Assembly (NCBI GenBank): GCA_045592805.1
Contig: JAZNVK010000234.1
Coordinates: 1 to 54,530, forward strand
Source: Faecousia sp.
GTDB lineage: Bacteria > Bacillota > Clostridia > Oscillospirales > Oscillospiraceae
Direction of reading: 5' to 3'
Length of the DNA: 54,530 bases
How positions within the stretch are numbered: the stretch's first letter is position 1; each line of letters opens with the position of its first letter. The translations under genes were made by a program, and so were the position numbers. The notes beneath the pieces were generated by a model, which was not told the origin of the DNA, searched no databases, and worked only from the letters and a program-made list of their open reading frames with translations. Shown here one piece after another: positions 9,274 to 18,078 of this stretch.

Positions 9274-9810
9274 TTGGCAGACGTAAAAACGGTGATTCAA
9301 AAGCTCTCCGCTTTTCTCAAAAAGAACAAATTTGTAATTCTTGTACTGTGCCTGGGTTTGGTTTTGTTGCTGATTCCATCCGGGAATAAAACATCAGAAA
9401 AGGAGTCTCCGAAAGCAGAAACAGCCTCGATGGATGAAGATGACTATGCAGCAAAGATGGAAGTTAAGCTGGAAGAGATCCTGTCCCGCATTAATGGCGC
9501 GGGCAAGGTGGATGTAATGCTGACTCTTCAGCGCAGCAGCTATACATTTTATCAGGCAGATATTCAATCAGACCAATCTGTAAAGGAAGGTTCAACAGAA
9601 AACAGGGAGGACAAGAAAACCGTGATTTTGTCCGAGGGCAGCGCATATGATACATTGGCAGTATCTACGGTGGAGTATCCGCTGTTTCAGGGAGCATTGA
9701 TCGTCAGCAGCGGTGCAGACAGTCCTGCGGTAAAGCTGGATCTGATCCTTGCGGTTTCGGCTTTGACGGGGCTGAGCAGCGACCACATCACTGTAGTCAA
9801 AATGAATTAA
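9274..9810 (+). CDS. spoIIIAG: Stage III sporulation protein AG
   Basis: LEEILSRINGAGKVDVMLTL and P.FQGALIVSSGA...AV..LTGL...I.V.KM. Confidence 0.92.
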   Translation: MADVKTVIQKLSAFLKKNKFVILVLCLGLVLLLIPSGNKTSEKESPKAETASMDEDDYAAKMEVKLEEILSRINGAGKVDVMLTLQRSSYTFYQADIQSDQSVKEGSTENREDKKTVILSEGSAYDTLAVSTVEYPLFQGALIVSSGADSPAVKLDLILAVSALTGLSSDHITVVKMN

Positions 9811-9823
9811 TGGAGGAGTAGCA

Positions 9824-10372
9824 ATGAAAAACTGGAAACGAAATGCGGTTATCGCCGGTTTGCTGGTCTTGGCCTGCGCCGGAATATACCTGAACTGGCT
9901 TTATGGAGCAGGTACACCGGATTTGACAGAGGCACTGAATTCAGAAAAGATCATGGACGATGCCACCTTTGTTCTGGCGGTAGAGGAAAATCAGGCACAG
10001 CAGGTGCTGCAGGAGGATACGACGGGAGACTATTTTGCACAAATGAGACTTTCCAGACAAACTGCCCGAGATGAAGCGGTAACCGTTCTGCAGGAAACCA
10101 TTGCCTATGCCGGTGGTGAAAACACGGCAGATACCAGCAGAGAGCTGGAAAGCATCATTTCCGATGCCCTTGCGGAATCCCAGATTGAGAGTATGGTCAT
10201 CGCCAAGGGATACAGCGATTGCGTTGCATATATCTCCGATGACGGTATCTCTCTTGCAGTTGCGTCACCGGAAGAGGGGATGACGGAGACCGATGTGTCC
10301 CTTCTCGCAGACATTGTTATGACCCAAACAGAGTACGGTTTGTCCGATATTCGTATCATCCCGGTGGAATAA
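9824..10372 (+). CDS. spoIIIAH: Stage III sporulation protein AH
   Basis: N-terminal TM helix ending YLNW; DYFAQMRLSRQ..R; IE..VIAKGY.DCV. Confidence 0.92.
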   Translation: MKNWKRNAVIAGLLVLACAGIYLNWLYGAGTPDLTEALNSEKIMDDATFVLAVEENQAQQVLQEDTTGDYFAQMRLSRQTARDEAVTVLQETIAYAGGENTADTSRELESIISDALAESQIESMVIAKGYSDCVAYISDDGISLAVASPEEGMTETDVSLLADIVMTQTEYGLSDIRIIPVE

Positions 10373-10378
10373 AAGGTA

Positions 10379-10406
10379 TTGTAATTTTCAAAAAATGTGG
10401 TAAAAT
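10379..10406 (+). promoter_or_regulatory. Putative sigma-A promoter for the asp23-nusB operon
   Basis: TTGTAA-16 nt-TAAAAT with TGn extension. Confidence 0.5.
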
Positions 10407-10458
10407 AGATATGATATGAGCGGTACTATGCCGCAGCACCAATGAGGAGGGCATATTC

Positions 10459-10833
10459 ATGGCTGAAAATAAAGATTATTTGGTACAGAAGCAGGAAAAT
10501 GGCAGTATTTTGATTTCTGAAGAAGTCCTTGCTTCCATCGCCGCTCTGGCAGTTCGCGAGGTAGAAGGCGTTTATGGTCTCAGCACTACCACCAGCTTTG
10601 ACCTTGGCAATATTCTGGGCAAGAAGAATCTTCGCAAGGGAATCCGTGTCAACTTCCAGGAGAAGGGCTTCGACGTCTCCTGTAACCTGATCGTCAAGGT
10701 CGGTTGTGCTGTAATGGATGTGGCCAAGAATGTTCAGCAGGCCATTTCCGATGAGATCGTCGCTATGACAGGCGCAACACCTGCAAAGGTAAACGTTAAC
10801 GTCTGCGGCATTGCCTTCGCAAAAGGCGAATAA
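10459..10833 (+). CDS. Asp23/Gls24 family protein (YqhY-like)
   Basis: G.I.ISEEV.ASIA..A..EVEGV, KGIRV, VQ..I...I..MTG....VNV.V; precedes nusB. Confidence 0.9.
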   Translation: MAENKDYLVQKQENGSILISEEVLASIAALAVREVEGVYGLSTTTSFDLGNILGKKNLRKGIRVNFQEKGFDVSCNLIVKVGCAVMDVAKNVQQAISDEIVAMTGATPAKVNVNVCGIAFAKGE

Positions 10834-10847
10834 ACTGATCTGACCAA

Positions 10848-10865
10848 GGGGTGCGAAAGCACCCC
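10848..10865 (+). other. Intercistronic GNRA hairpin
   Basis: ggggtgc-gaaa-gcacccc between asp23 and nusB; weak U tail. Confidence 0.5.
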
Positions 10866-10893
10866 ATTTAGTCCGTATTTGGAGGAAACACAT

Positions 10894-11355
10894 ATGACAC
10901 GCTCAAATGCCAGAGAATTGGCAGCACATTTGCTTTATGAGATCGATTACACCGGTGAGAATCCGGAGCAGGCACTGGATGAACGCCTGGAAAAGGGTTA
11001 CTATGAAGCCCTTGCCGAGGAAAACGAAGTCTATGCAGAGCGTCCCAGCAAGAAGCAGCTTACATACATCCGCAACTGTGTTTGTGGAGCGGCAGAGCGC
11101 TTCGAGGAGCTGGACAGCCTGATCTCCCGTCATGCCATTGGCTGGAATCTGCACCGTATTTCCCGTTTCACCAAGGCTGCACTTCGGCTTGCGATTTTTG
11201 AAATTCTCTATGTTTCCGATGTTCCCACCGGCGTTGCTATTAACGAATGTGTTGAGCTCACCCGGAAGTATGAGGACAAGGAAGTTGTCTCCTTTGTCAA
11301 TGGAATTCTCGGCAGTTTCTCCCGCTCCTTAAATGCCAAGGAGAATGAGCAATGA
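10894..11355 (+). CDS. nusB: Transcription antitermination factor NusB
   Basis: R..ARE.A, W...RI, LRLA.FEI, P.GVAINECVEL...Y, FVNGILG. Confidence 0.95.
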   Translation: MTRSNARELAAHLLYEIDYTGENPEQALDERLEKGYYEALAEENEVYAERPSKKQLTYIRNCVCGAAERFEELDSLISRHAIGWNLHRISRFTKAALRLAIFEILYVSDVPTGVAINECVELTRKYEDKEVVSFVNGILGSFSRSLNAKENEQ

Positions 11356-12281
11356 GAGTTCTCGCCTTTGACACCAGCAATTACACCACCTCTGTGGCAC
11401 TTTTTGACGGCGCAGAGGGTCATAACATATCGCGCCTTCTGGATGTAGAACAGGGGAGTCTTGGCCTACGTCAGAGTGACGCTCTGTTTGCACATGTGAA
11501 ACGCCTGCCGGAATTGACCGACAGGCTGTTTTCCGATTTTGGACATGACAAGCTTGTCGCCGTTGGCGCCAGTACCAGACCCCGTGCCGTGGAGGGTAGC
11601 TATATGCCCTGCTTTCTCGCGGGTAAATCTCAGGCAGAGGTCATCTCTTCCGCATTCAATATCCCGTTTTACGCCTTTTCCCATCAGCAGGGTCATATTG
11701 CTGCGTCCTGCTGGGCCTCCGGTCGTATGGATCTCATGGATCGGCCACACCTTGCCTGGCATCTGTCCGGCGGTACCACGGAGCTTCTGCTGGTTCAGCC
11801 GGAGGGGATCAGCGTAAAAGCGGAAAAAATCGGCGGAACTACGGATATTTCTGCCGGTCAGCTTATTGACCGCACCGGTAAGCTCCTTGGTCTTCCTTTC
11901 CCATCCGGAAAGCATCTGGATGCCCTCAGCAAAGAGGCGAGAGATCGGGAAGTATTTCCTGTTAAAGTCAACGGTACTTTTTTCTCCCTGTCCGGTGTAG
12001 AGAATAAGGTGTATTCTTATCATAAGGGCGTTCCTGCCGAAACCGCAGCCTATGCCTTGCGCTGTCTCATCGGTGCCATTGTAAAGGCAACGAAAAACGC
12101 GCTGAAAGAGTACCCTGATTATGAAGTCGTTTTTGCCGGCGGTGTCGCCTCCAATTCTCTTCTGAGAGAAAAATGCGCCAACCTGCCTGCCGTCTTTTGC
12201 CCCCCGCAATTTGCCACAGACAATGCGATGGGAACTGCCATCTTAACATGGAGGTCGCAGTATGGAGCAGCCAATTTATGA
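11352..12281 (+). CDS. TsaD/Kae1-like (peptidase M22/ASKHA) paralog
   Basis: DTSNYTTS, GLRQSDA.F.H, SHQQGH, HLSGGTTE, DISAGQLIDR.G, GGVASN, DNA.G. Confidence 0.85.
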   Translation: MRVLAFDTSNYTTSVALFDGAEGHNISRLLDVEQGSLGLRQSDALFAHVKRLPELTDRLFSDFGHDKLVAVGASTRPRAVEGSYMPCFLAGKSQAEVISSAFNIPFYAFSHQQGHIAASCWASGRMDLMDRPHLAWHLSGGTTELLLVQPEGISVKAEKIGGTTDISAGQLIDRTGKLLGLPFPSGKHLDALSKEARDREVFPVKVNGTFFSLSGVENKVYSYHKGVPAETAAYALRCLIGAIVKATKNALKEYPDYEVVFAGGVASNSLLREKCANLPAVFCPPQFATDNAMGTAILTWRSQYGAANL

Positions 12282-13473
12282 GGTCTCTCAAATCAATGAG
12301 TATTTAAAGCTTCGGTTTGAAGAAGACCCCTTTTTAAATCATCTATCCATTCGCGGAGAGATCAGTAACTATAAGCTCTATCCTTCGGGACATCATTATT
12401 TTTCTCTGAAGGATTCCGGCGGAGCCATTCGCTGCGTTATGTTCAAGGGCAGTGCTTTCTCCCTGCGGTTCCGTCCCGAAAACGGCATGAAGGTCATCGC
12501 CTCCGGGAGAATCAGCGTTTTCCCCCGTGACGGTGCATATCAGCTCTATTGCAACAGCCTTACACCCGAGGGTGTCGGTGATTTGCATCTTGCCTTTGAA
12601 CAGCTGAAAGCAAAGCTGCACCGCGAGGGATTATTTGCTCCGGAGCGAAAACAGCCCCTGCCGCGTTATCCGCACCGTATCGCATTGATTACTTCTTCAG
12701 CCGGCGCTGCCGTACGAGATATGCTTCGTATTTTACGCAAGCGATATCCTGTTTGCGAAGTGAAGATTCTGCCCGTCAGGGTTCAGGGCGAATTAGCGCC
12801 TGCAGAAATTGCCGGTGCCATCCGTTATGCCAATCGGCATCAGCTTGCGGATCTGATCATTACCGGGCGTGGAGGCGGGTCTATTGAGGATCTCTGGGCC
12901 TTTAATGAAGAAATCGTCGCACGTGCCATAGCGGAGTCTCGGATCCCCGTTATTTCCGCAGTTGGCCACGAGCCGGACGTTACCATCTCGGACTTTGTTG
13001 CGGATCTTCGTGCTGCAACACCCTCCAACGCCGCTGAGTTGGCAGTACCTGATCAAATGGAACTGCGGCAGCAATTGCTTTCCCGAAACGCAATACTGCG
13101 CACCTTGATCTTGAAGCGGTTGAAACAGGAACGTCAGCGGGTAGACACCCTTGCCGGGAGCCGAAGCTTAAAAAGTCCCATGAACTATATCCAGGATCGA
13201 CGACTTCAGCTGGATCACGTGTTAAGTCGCCTGTCCGGTGCATCAACCCGGCTGATCGGTAAGCAAAAACAGCGCTTTGTTCGTGCTACAGCCAAGCTGG
13301 ATGCGCTGAGTCCTCTGAAGGTTCTCTCCAGAGGCTTCACTATGGCGACCAAAGAGGATCTGGTGATTCGATCTTCTGCCCAGTTATCTCAGGGAGACAT
13401 CCTTACCTTACGTTTTTCAGACGGCTGCGCCAAGGCCGAAATACAGGAGGTTTACAATGGAGAAGGAATCTAA
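12262..13473 (+). CDS. xseA: Exodeoxyribonuclease VII large subunit
   Basis: GEISN...SGH.YFSLKD, ITS..GAA.RD, GRGGGSIEDLWAFNEE, SAVGHE.D, RAATPS.AAE. Confidence 0.97.
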   Translation: MEQPIYEVSQINEYLKLRFEEDPFLNHLSIRGEISNYKLYPSGHHYFSLKDSGGAIRCVMFKGSAFSLRFRPENGMKVIASGRISVFPRDGAYQLYCNSLTPEGVGDLHLAFEQLKAKLHREGLFAPERKQPLPRYPHRIALITSSAGAAVRDMLRILRKRYPVCEVKILPVRVQGELAPAEIAGAIRYANRHQLADLIITGRGGGSIEDLWAFNEEIVARAIAESRIPVISAVGHEPDVTISDFVADLRAATPSNAAELAVPDQMELRQQLLSRNAILRTLILKRLKQERQRVDTLAGSRSLKSPMNYIQDRRLQLDHVLSRLSGASTRLIGKQKQRFVRATAKLDALSPLKVLSRGFTMATKEDLVIRSSAQLSQGDILTLRFSDGCAKAEIQEVYNGEGI

Positions 13474-13690
13474 GAATTTTGAGCAATCCTTAAACAGGCT
13501 GGAAGAGATCGTTTACCGCATGGAGCACGGAGATGTTCCGCTGGAAGAGGTATTGAAGCTCTTTGAAGAGGGGACAGGTCTTGTGGCCTCCTGTACCAGG
13601 CTTCTGGATGAAGCGGAGATGAAGGTTGTTCTTTTGAGCAAGGGCGCAGACGGTGAGCCCCGGGAAAGGAGCTTTGAAGATGAAGAATAA
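13457..13690 (+). CDS. xseB: Exodeoxyribonuclease VII small subunit
   Basis: FEQ...RLEEIV..ME.G.VPLEE...LFEEG..L...C...L..AE. Confidence 0.95.
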   Translation: MEKESKNFEQSLNRLEEIVYRMEHGDVPLEEVLKLFEEGTGLVASCTRLLDEAEMKVVLLSKGADGEPRERSFEDEE

Positions 13691-14540
13691 GCTCCTGAGT
13701 TATAAGAATATAATCGACGAGTATCTCGAACACTGCTTTACGGAAGATGCTCCCCAGAAGGAGTTGTTTGACTCCATGCGCTACAGCCTCCTCGCCGGGG
13801 GAAAGCGCATCCGAGGCGCTCTTTGTCTTGCCTTCTGCGAGCTTTGCGGCGGAGAAGTTGCATCGGCAATGCCGTTTGCCGCAGCGCTGGAGATGGTGCA
13901 TTGCTACAGCCTGATCCATGACGATCTCCCTTGTATGGATAATGACGATTATCGCCGTGGAAAGCTTACAAATCATCGCGTCTACGGCGAGGCAAAAGCG
14001 ATCCTGGCCGGAGACGGTCTTTTGACCGCAGCTTTTTCGGAGCTGGCGAAAGCCGAGCTTCCTGCAGATCGCATTGTTGCCGCTGTCAAGATGCTGTCCC
14101 ACTGTGCCGGAGAACTGGGTATGGTCGGTGGACAGATCCTGGATATGGACGCTGAGCAGCGTCCCTGCACTGCGCAGGATGTGTATGACATCCAAAGCCG
14201 AAAAACCGGCGCTCTCATCTGTGCAGCCTGTGTTCTCGGTGTAATTGCTGCCGGTGGTTCGCGGAAGCAGGAACAGGCAGCCTATGATTATGCCAAATCC
14301 CTCGGACTTGCGTTCCAGATACGGGATGATATTCTCGATGTGATCGGTGATGCACAGAAGCTGGGCAAAGCAACCGGTGTCGATGAAAAGAAAAATACCT
14401 TTGTGCGGATTTATGGGATTTCCCGCTGCGAAGAAATGGTATGCGAAGAGACGGAAAAAGCCATTCATAGCCTGGAGATCTTTGATTCCGCGGATTTCCT
14501 GATTTCTCTTGCGCAGGAGATGGCAAAACGGGATTATTAA
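13680..14540 (+). CDS. ispA: Farnesyl-diphosphate synthase / polyprenyl synthetase
   Basis: MRYSLLAGGKRIR, HCYSLIHDDLPCMDNDDYRRG, GGQ.LD, KTGAL, FQIRDDILD. Confidence 0.95.
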   Translation: MKNKLLSYKNIIDEYLEHCFTEDAPQKELFDSMRYSLLAGGKRIRGALCLAFCELCGGEVASAMPFAAALEMVHCYSLIHDDLPCMDNDDYRRGKLTNHRVYGEAKAILAGDGLLTAAFSELAKAELPADRIVAAVKMLSHCAGELGMVGGQILDMDAEQRPCTAQDVYDIQSRKTGALICAACVLGVIAAGGSRKQEQAAYDYAKSLGLAFQIRDDILDVIGDAQKLGKATGVDEKKNTFVRIYGISRCEEMVCEETEKAIHSLEIFDSADFLISLAQEMAKRDY

Positions 14541-14544
14541 AAAC

Positions 14545-14574
14545 GCATATGGACTTGCCGACTGGGAATAAGCT
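14545..14574 (+). promoter_or_regulatory. Possible sigma-E promoter of sigK
   Basis: gcATAt followed 15 nt later by gaATAagct, resembling the sigma-E consensus. Confidence 0.4.
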
Positions 14575-14591
14575 TAGTCGGAGGTGGTTCT

Positions 14592-15278
14592 ATGCTGGGA
14601 GCTGCTGTCTGGTTGACGCTCAGCAGCATCCTTTACTCGCTGCGACTTTCCAATGATAGTGGTTCATTCCCAAAACCGCTGAGTTCAAAAGAAGAGCAGC
14701 ATTACCTTATGCTGGCATCTCAGGGTGATATACAGGCGAGGAATATTCTGATCGAGAGAAATCTCCGCCTTGTTGCCCATATTATGAAGAAATACTATAC
14801 CCAGACCTCGGATCAGGAGGATCTGATCTCCATCGGAACCATCGGCTTGATCAAGGGAATCTCCACATTTGATAGTACAAAAGGAGCTCGCCTTGCAACC
14901 TATGCTGCCCGATGTGTGGAAAACGAGATTTTGATGCATTTCCGAGGGCAAAAGAAGAACGCATCGGATGTATCCCTGTCCGAAATGATCGAAACAGGAA
15001 AGGACGGCAGCGCCCTCTCTCTGATGGATGTGGTATGCTCGGATGAAGATCTGTTTGAGAGGCTCTCTGACCAGGAGATCTATCGCAAGCTCTACAGCAA
15101 AATCGATACCTGTCTGGACAAACGGGAGCGGAGGGTAATTCTGCTGCGTTACGGAATCGGCAATCGTACTCCGATGACCCAAAACGAAGTAGCAGCGCTC
15201 TGCGGAATCAGCCGCAGCTATGTCAGCCGTATTGAGAAAAAAGCACTTCAAAAATTAGAAAAAGAACTGAAGGATTAG
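14592..15278 (+). CDS. sigK: Sporulation sigma factor SigK, uninterrupted, with hydrophobic pro-peptide
   Basis: SFPKPLS, LIERNLRLVAHI.KKY, EDLISIGTIGLIK, RLATYAARC.ENEILM.FR, TQ.EVA...GISRSYVSRIEKKAL. Confidence 0.92.
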   Translation: MLGAAVWLTLSSILYSLRLSNDSGSFPKPLSSKEEQHYLMLASQGDIQARNILIERNLRLVAHIMKKYYTQTSDQEDLISIGTIGLIKGISTFDSTKGARLATYAARCVENEILMHFRGQKKNASDVSLSEMIETGKDGSALSLMDVVCSDEDLFERLSDQEIYRKLYSKIDTCLDKRERRVILLRYGIGNRTPMTQNEVAALCGISRSYVSRIEKKALQKLEKELKD

Positions 15279-15288
15279 GTGAGTTATT

Positions 15289-15861
15289 ATGCATGCTTGG
15301 AAGCACTTTTGTACCATCACCAAACACCGCTGGGCGGTCAGAAAACATTGCTTCCGAGTCGGAATGTATTGGCGTGCGCTGGTTCATGACCTTTCCAAGT
15401 ATTCGCCCGCCGAGTTTATGACCGGTGCGAGATACTATCAGGGTACCAGGAGTCCCAATTCCCGAGAGAGAGAGCTGGTAGGCTATTCTACAGCCTGGAT
15501 GCATCATAAGGGCAGAAACAGACACCACTATGAGTATTGGACAGATCTGGATTTAAAGACCCGCAAATACATTGCCATGCCTATGCCGCGCAAGTTTTTT
15601 GCCGAAATGATCATGGATCGAATTGCTGCCTGCAAGATCTACCACGGCAAGAACTATACCGATGCCGATGCTTTGGAATATCTGGATAATTCCTCCGAGG
15701 GAAAAGACAACACCATGATGAACCCTCAGACGAAAAGGGAGCTGCGGTATATTCTTGTCATGCTGAAGGAAAAAGGGGAGAAGGAGACTTTTTCTTTTAT
15801 CCGGAACACGGTTTTGACAGGGAAACCCATCATAACAGAAGACAAAAACGAGGATGTATAA
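15289..15861 (+). CDS. DUF5662-like HD-related protein
   Basis: HF.TIT.HR..V, HDLSKYSP.EF, AW.HHKGRN.HH.EYW, EM..DR.AA. Confidence 0.8.
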   Translation: MHAWKHFCTITKHRWAVRKHCFRVGMYWRALVHDLSKYSPAEFMTGARYYQGTRSPNSRERELVGYSTAWMHHKGRNRHHYEYWTDLDLKTRKYIAMPMPRKFFAEMIMDRIAACKIYHGKNYTDADALEYLDNSSEGKDNTMMNPQTKRELRYILVMLKEKGEKETFSFIRNTVLTGKPIITEDKNEDV

Positions 15862-15878
15862 GCTACATCCTCGTTTTT
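15844..15878. terminator. Bidirectional terminator between convergent genes
   Basis: aaaaacgaggatgta-taagc-tacatcctcgttttt perfect inverted repeat. Confidence 0.85.
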
Positions 15879-15879
15879 C

Positions 15880-16815
15880 TTAAAATGTTGCAACCTCTTG
15901 CTCAGCAGCTTCCGCCGGAACTACGGTGATGGCCTCCAGGATGGGGCCGATGCCACGGTAAAGACTATGGAAACGAACAGAGATCTTCGCCGTAACCGTA
16001 ACCCAGGACTTGACTTTCAGCTCATTGGCAGCTTCGTATTTGCAGGGGATACCCATAAACTCGATATCATCCACACAGCAGGTCATAACAAAACGACCGG
16101 GAGCAAAGAATCCGTCCTTCTCTCTACGGAGACGGGCAACCTGTGCCTTGAAGCATACGGTTTTATTCTTATATTTCTTCGGTTCGTCATTCAGATCCCG
16201 ATACCAAAGAGCAAAATCCTCATCCCTGATTTCTATGACAGGAGCGTTGATATCAAAGGGCAGGGGGTCTTGAATATCATCAAATTGCGTGGTGCCGTTT
16301 TGATATTCATACAGAATGCCAACCCGACGGTTCACCGCTCGTGCCAGCTTATGCAAAGGCATAATATCCATGCCCTCAGGGACGCGGTTGAAGACCACCA
16401 TCTCGCAGCCCATCAGCTTGTCAACCACCAGAGCGCGCATATTGGCATTATAGCTGAGAATATTATTGGCATCGGCAAACATCACTTCCTGGGCGATCTG
16501 CCAATCCTCAGGCATTTTATTATAGAAATCCTCAATTTGCAGCATACCGTTGAGCTCCAGGATAACTCGCTCGGCTCGGTGCTTTTTGATCAATGCAGCC
16601 AGCTGTTCCGTGGTGACAGTTTCCTGATCCACGATCTCCCGGAACACATTTTTGTGCGGGTAGGGAGTAAGATCATATTCCTCTTCACCTTCCTCGCAGA
16701 GCAGGAGAAGACTTCTTTCTCCGGCATTAAACCGTGTATCGCAGAGAGTGTCCTGAATAAACTTTGTCTTACCGGCGTCTAAAAAACCGGTAAAAGCATA
16801 TACGGGAATGGGCAT
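15880..16815 (-). CDS. CobW-like P-loop domain fused to a TIGR03943/YcgQ-like C-terminal domain
   Basis: GFLDAGKT Walker A; C-terminal GRFVMTCCVDD. Confidence 0.8.
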   Translation of the reverse strand: MPIPVYAFTGFLDAGKTKFIQDTLCDTRFNAGERSLLLLCEEGEEEYDLTPYPHKNVFREIVDQETVTTEQLAALIKKHRAERVILELNGMLQIEDFYNKMPEDWQIAQEVMFADANNILSYNANMRALVVDKLMGCEMVVFNRVPEGMDIMPLHKLARAVNRRVGILYEYQNGTTQFDDIQDPLPFDINAPVIEIRDEDFALWYRDLNDEPKKYKNKTVCFKAQVARLRREKDGFFAPGRFVMTCCVDDIEFMGIPCKYEAANELKVKSWVTVTAKISVRFHSLYRGIGPILEAITVVPAEAAEQEVATF

Positions 16816-16827
16816 ATGATTCTCTCC

Positions 16828-17925
16828 TTATACACCAAACAGGGAAGATACGGCAGTATCAGACAGCTTGGAACCAATGACGCAGAGTCTGCCGGTTACA
16901 GCAGCGCAGCCGTTACGGATCTCAGCTTCGCCGGGAACATAGTCAAAGTGAAGCCACTGACCCTCTGTGCTTTCCACGATCCCTTTTGCTCTCAGAATAA
17001 TGCCATAGGTTTCTTCTGCATCAAGGGAGGCAAGGATCTTCTCCAGCTCTTCACGGGCGAACTTCTTATGTGTTTCAACGCCCCAGCTCTGGAACACCTC
17101 GTCGGCATCGTGATGATGGTGATGCTCATGGCAGCCGCAATGCTCATCGTGGTGATGGTGCTCATGATGATGCTCACAGTGTTCGTCGTGATGATGATGT
17201 CCATGGCAGCATTCGTGCTCTTCGTGCTCATGATGCTCGTGGCAGCCACAATGCTCATCGTGGTGATGGTGCTCTTCATGGTGATGATGCTTTGCTTCTT
17301 TCATCATCTCTTCCAAATCCTGTGCCAGGCTGTCTGTTTTGCGGAATGCATCCAGGATCTGCTTGCCATCCAACTGCGTCCAGGGCGTGGTAATAATTAC
17401 AGCATCGTGGTTGAGCTCACGGAGCAGAGCAACGGCCTTGTCCAGCTTTTCGGCAGAAATGGAATCTGTGCGGCTGAGGATAATGGAAGAGGCACTCTCC
17501 ACCTGATTGGTATAGAATTCACCGAAATTCTTCAGGTAAACCTTGCACTTATTCGCGTCTACAACGGTAACGAAAGCACCAAGCTGTACTTCTTCCGTAG
17601 CTACACGCTTTACCGCCGCAATTACATCGCTGAGCTTGCCGACACCGGAGGGCTCAATAAGAATGCGGTCCGGATGATACTCACTGATCACCTGGGTCAG
17701 AGCTTTGCCGAAATCGCCTACCAGAGAGCAGCAAATGCAGCCGGAATTCATCTCATTGACCTGAATTCCCGCCTCCTGCATAAAGCCGCCATCAATACCG
17801 ATCTCACCGAACTCATTCTCAATCAGAACGATTTTTTCACCGGCATAAGCTTCTTTCAGGAGCTTTTTAATCAGCGTTGTTTTACCGGCTCCCAGAAATC
17901 CGGAGAAAATATCAATATTGGTCAT
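16828..17925 (-). CDS. COG0523/CobW family metallochaperone GTPase with His-rich insert
   Basis: SGFLGAGKTT, ENEFGEIGIDG, GCICCS, IEPSGVG, His/Cys tract, LRAKG. Confidence 0.92.
   Translation of the reverse strand: MTNIDIFSGFLGAGKTTLIKKLLKEAYAGEKIVLIENEFGEIGIDGGFMQEAGIQVNEMNSGCICCSLVGDFGKALTQVISEYHPDRILIEPSGVGKLSDVIAAVKRVATEEVQLGAFVTVVDANKCKVYLKNFGEFYTNQVESASSIILSRTDSISAEKLDKAVALLRELNHDAVIITTPWTQLDGKQILDAFRKTDSLAQDLEEMMKEAKHHHHEEHHHHDEHCGCHEHHEHEEHECCHGHHHHDEHCEHHHEHHHHDEHCGCHEHHHHHDADEVFQSWGVETHKKFAREELEKILASLDAEETYGIILRAKGIVESTEGQWLHFDYVPGEAEIRNGCAAVTGRLCVIGSKLSDTAVSSLFGV
17120..17274. repeat. 44-bp direct repeat within the His-rich tract
   Basis: 17120-17163 and 17231-17274 differ at 2 positions; both encode EHHHHDEHCGCHEH. 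Confidence 0.85.
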
Positions 17926-17961
17926 AGTCAGTTTCCTTCTTTCCTTAGAACTTTTCCATAT

Positions 17962-17990
17962 ATTATAGCACTAATAGAATTATTCTGCAA
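17962..17990 (-). promoter_or_regulatory. Sigma-A promoter for the cobW operon with an internal Fur-family-like palindrome
   Basis: TTGCAG-17 nt-TATAAT with TG on the minus strand; AGAAT-T-ATTCT at 17976-17986. Confidence 0.6.
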
Positions 17991-18019
17991 GAGATTGACT
18001 TTGATACCCGAGAAAATTC

Positions 18020-18047
18020 TTGCATTTTTTCGATAAAGTGATATACT
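18020..18047 (+). promoter_or_regulatory. Putative sigma-A promoter for the LTA synthase
   Basis: TTGCAT-16 nt-TATACT with TGn extension. Confidence 0.55.
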
Positions 18048-18078
18048 GATATAAAATTCGAAACAGGAAAGGAGGCGC

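Noticed and set aside
14592-15278. skin-like element in sigK
   Set aside because: The ORF is continuous through regions 2-4 and there is no recombinase nearby.
16816-18036. 406-aa plus-strand ORF with a Met/Val-rich hydrophobic run
   Set aside because: It is the reverse complement of the His-rich tract of the CobW gene.
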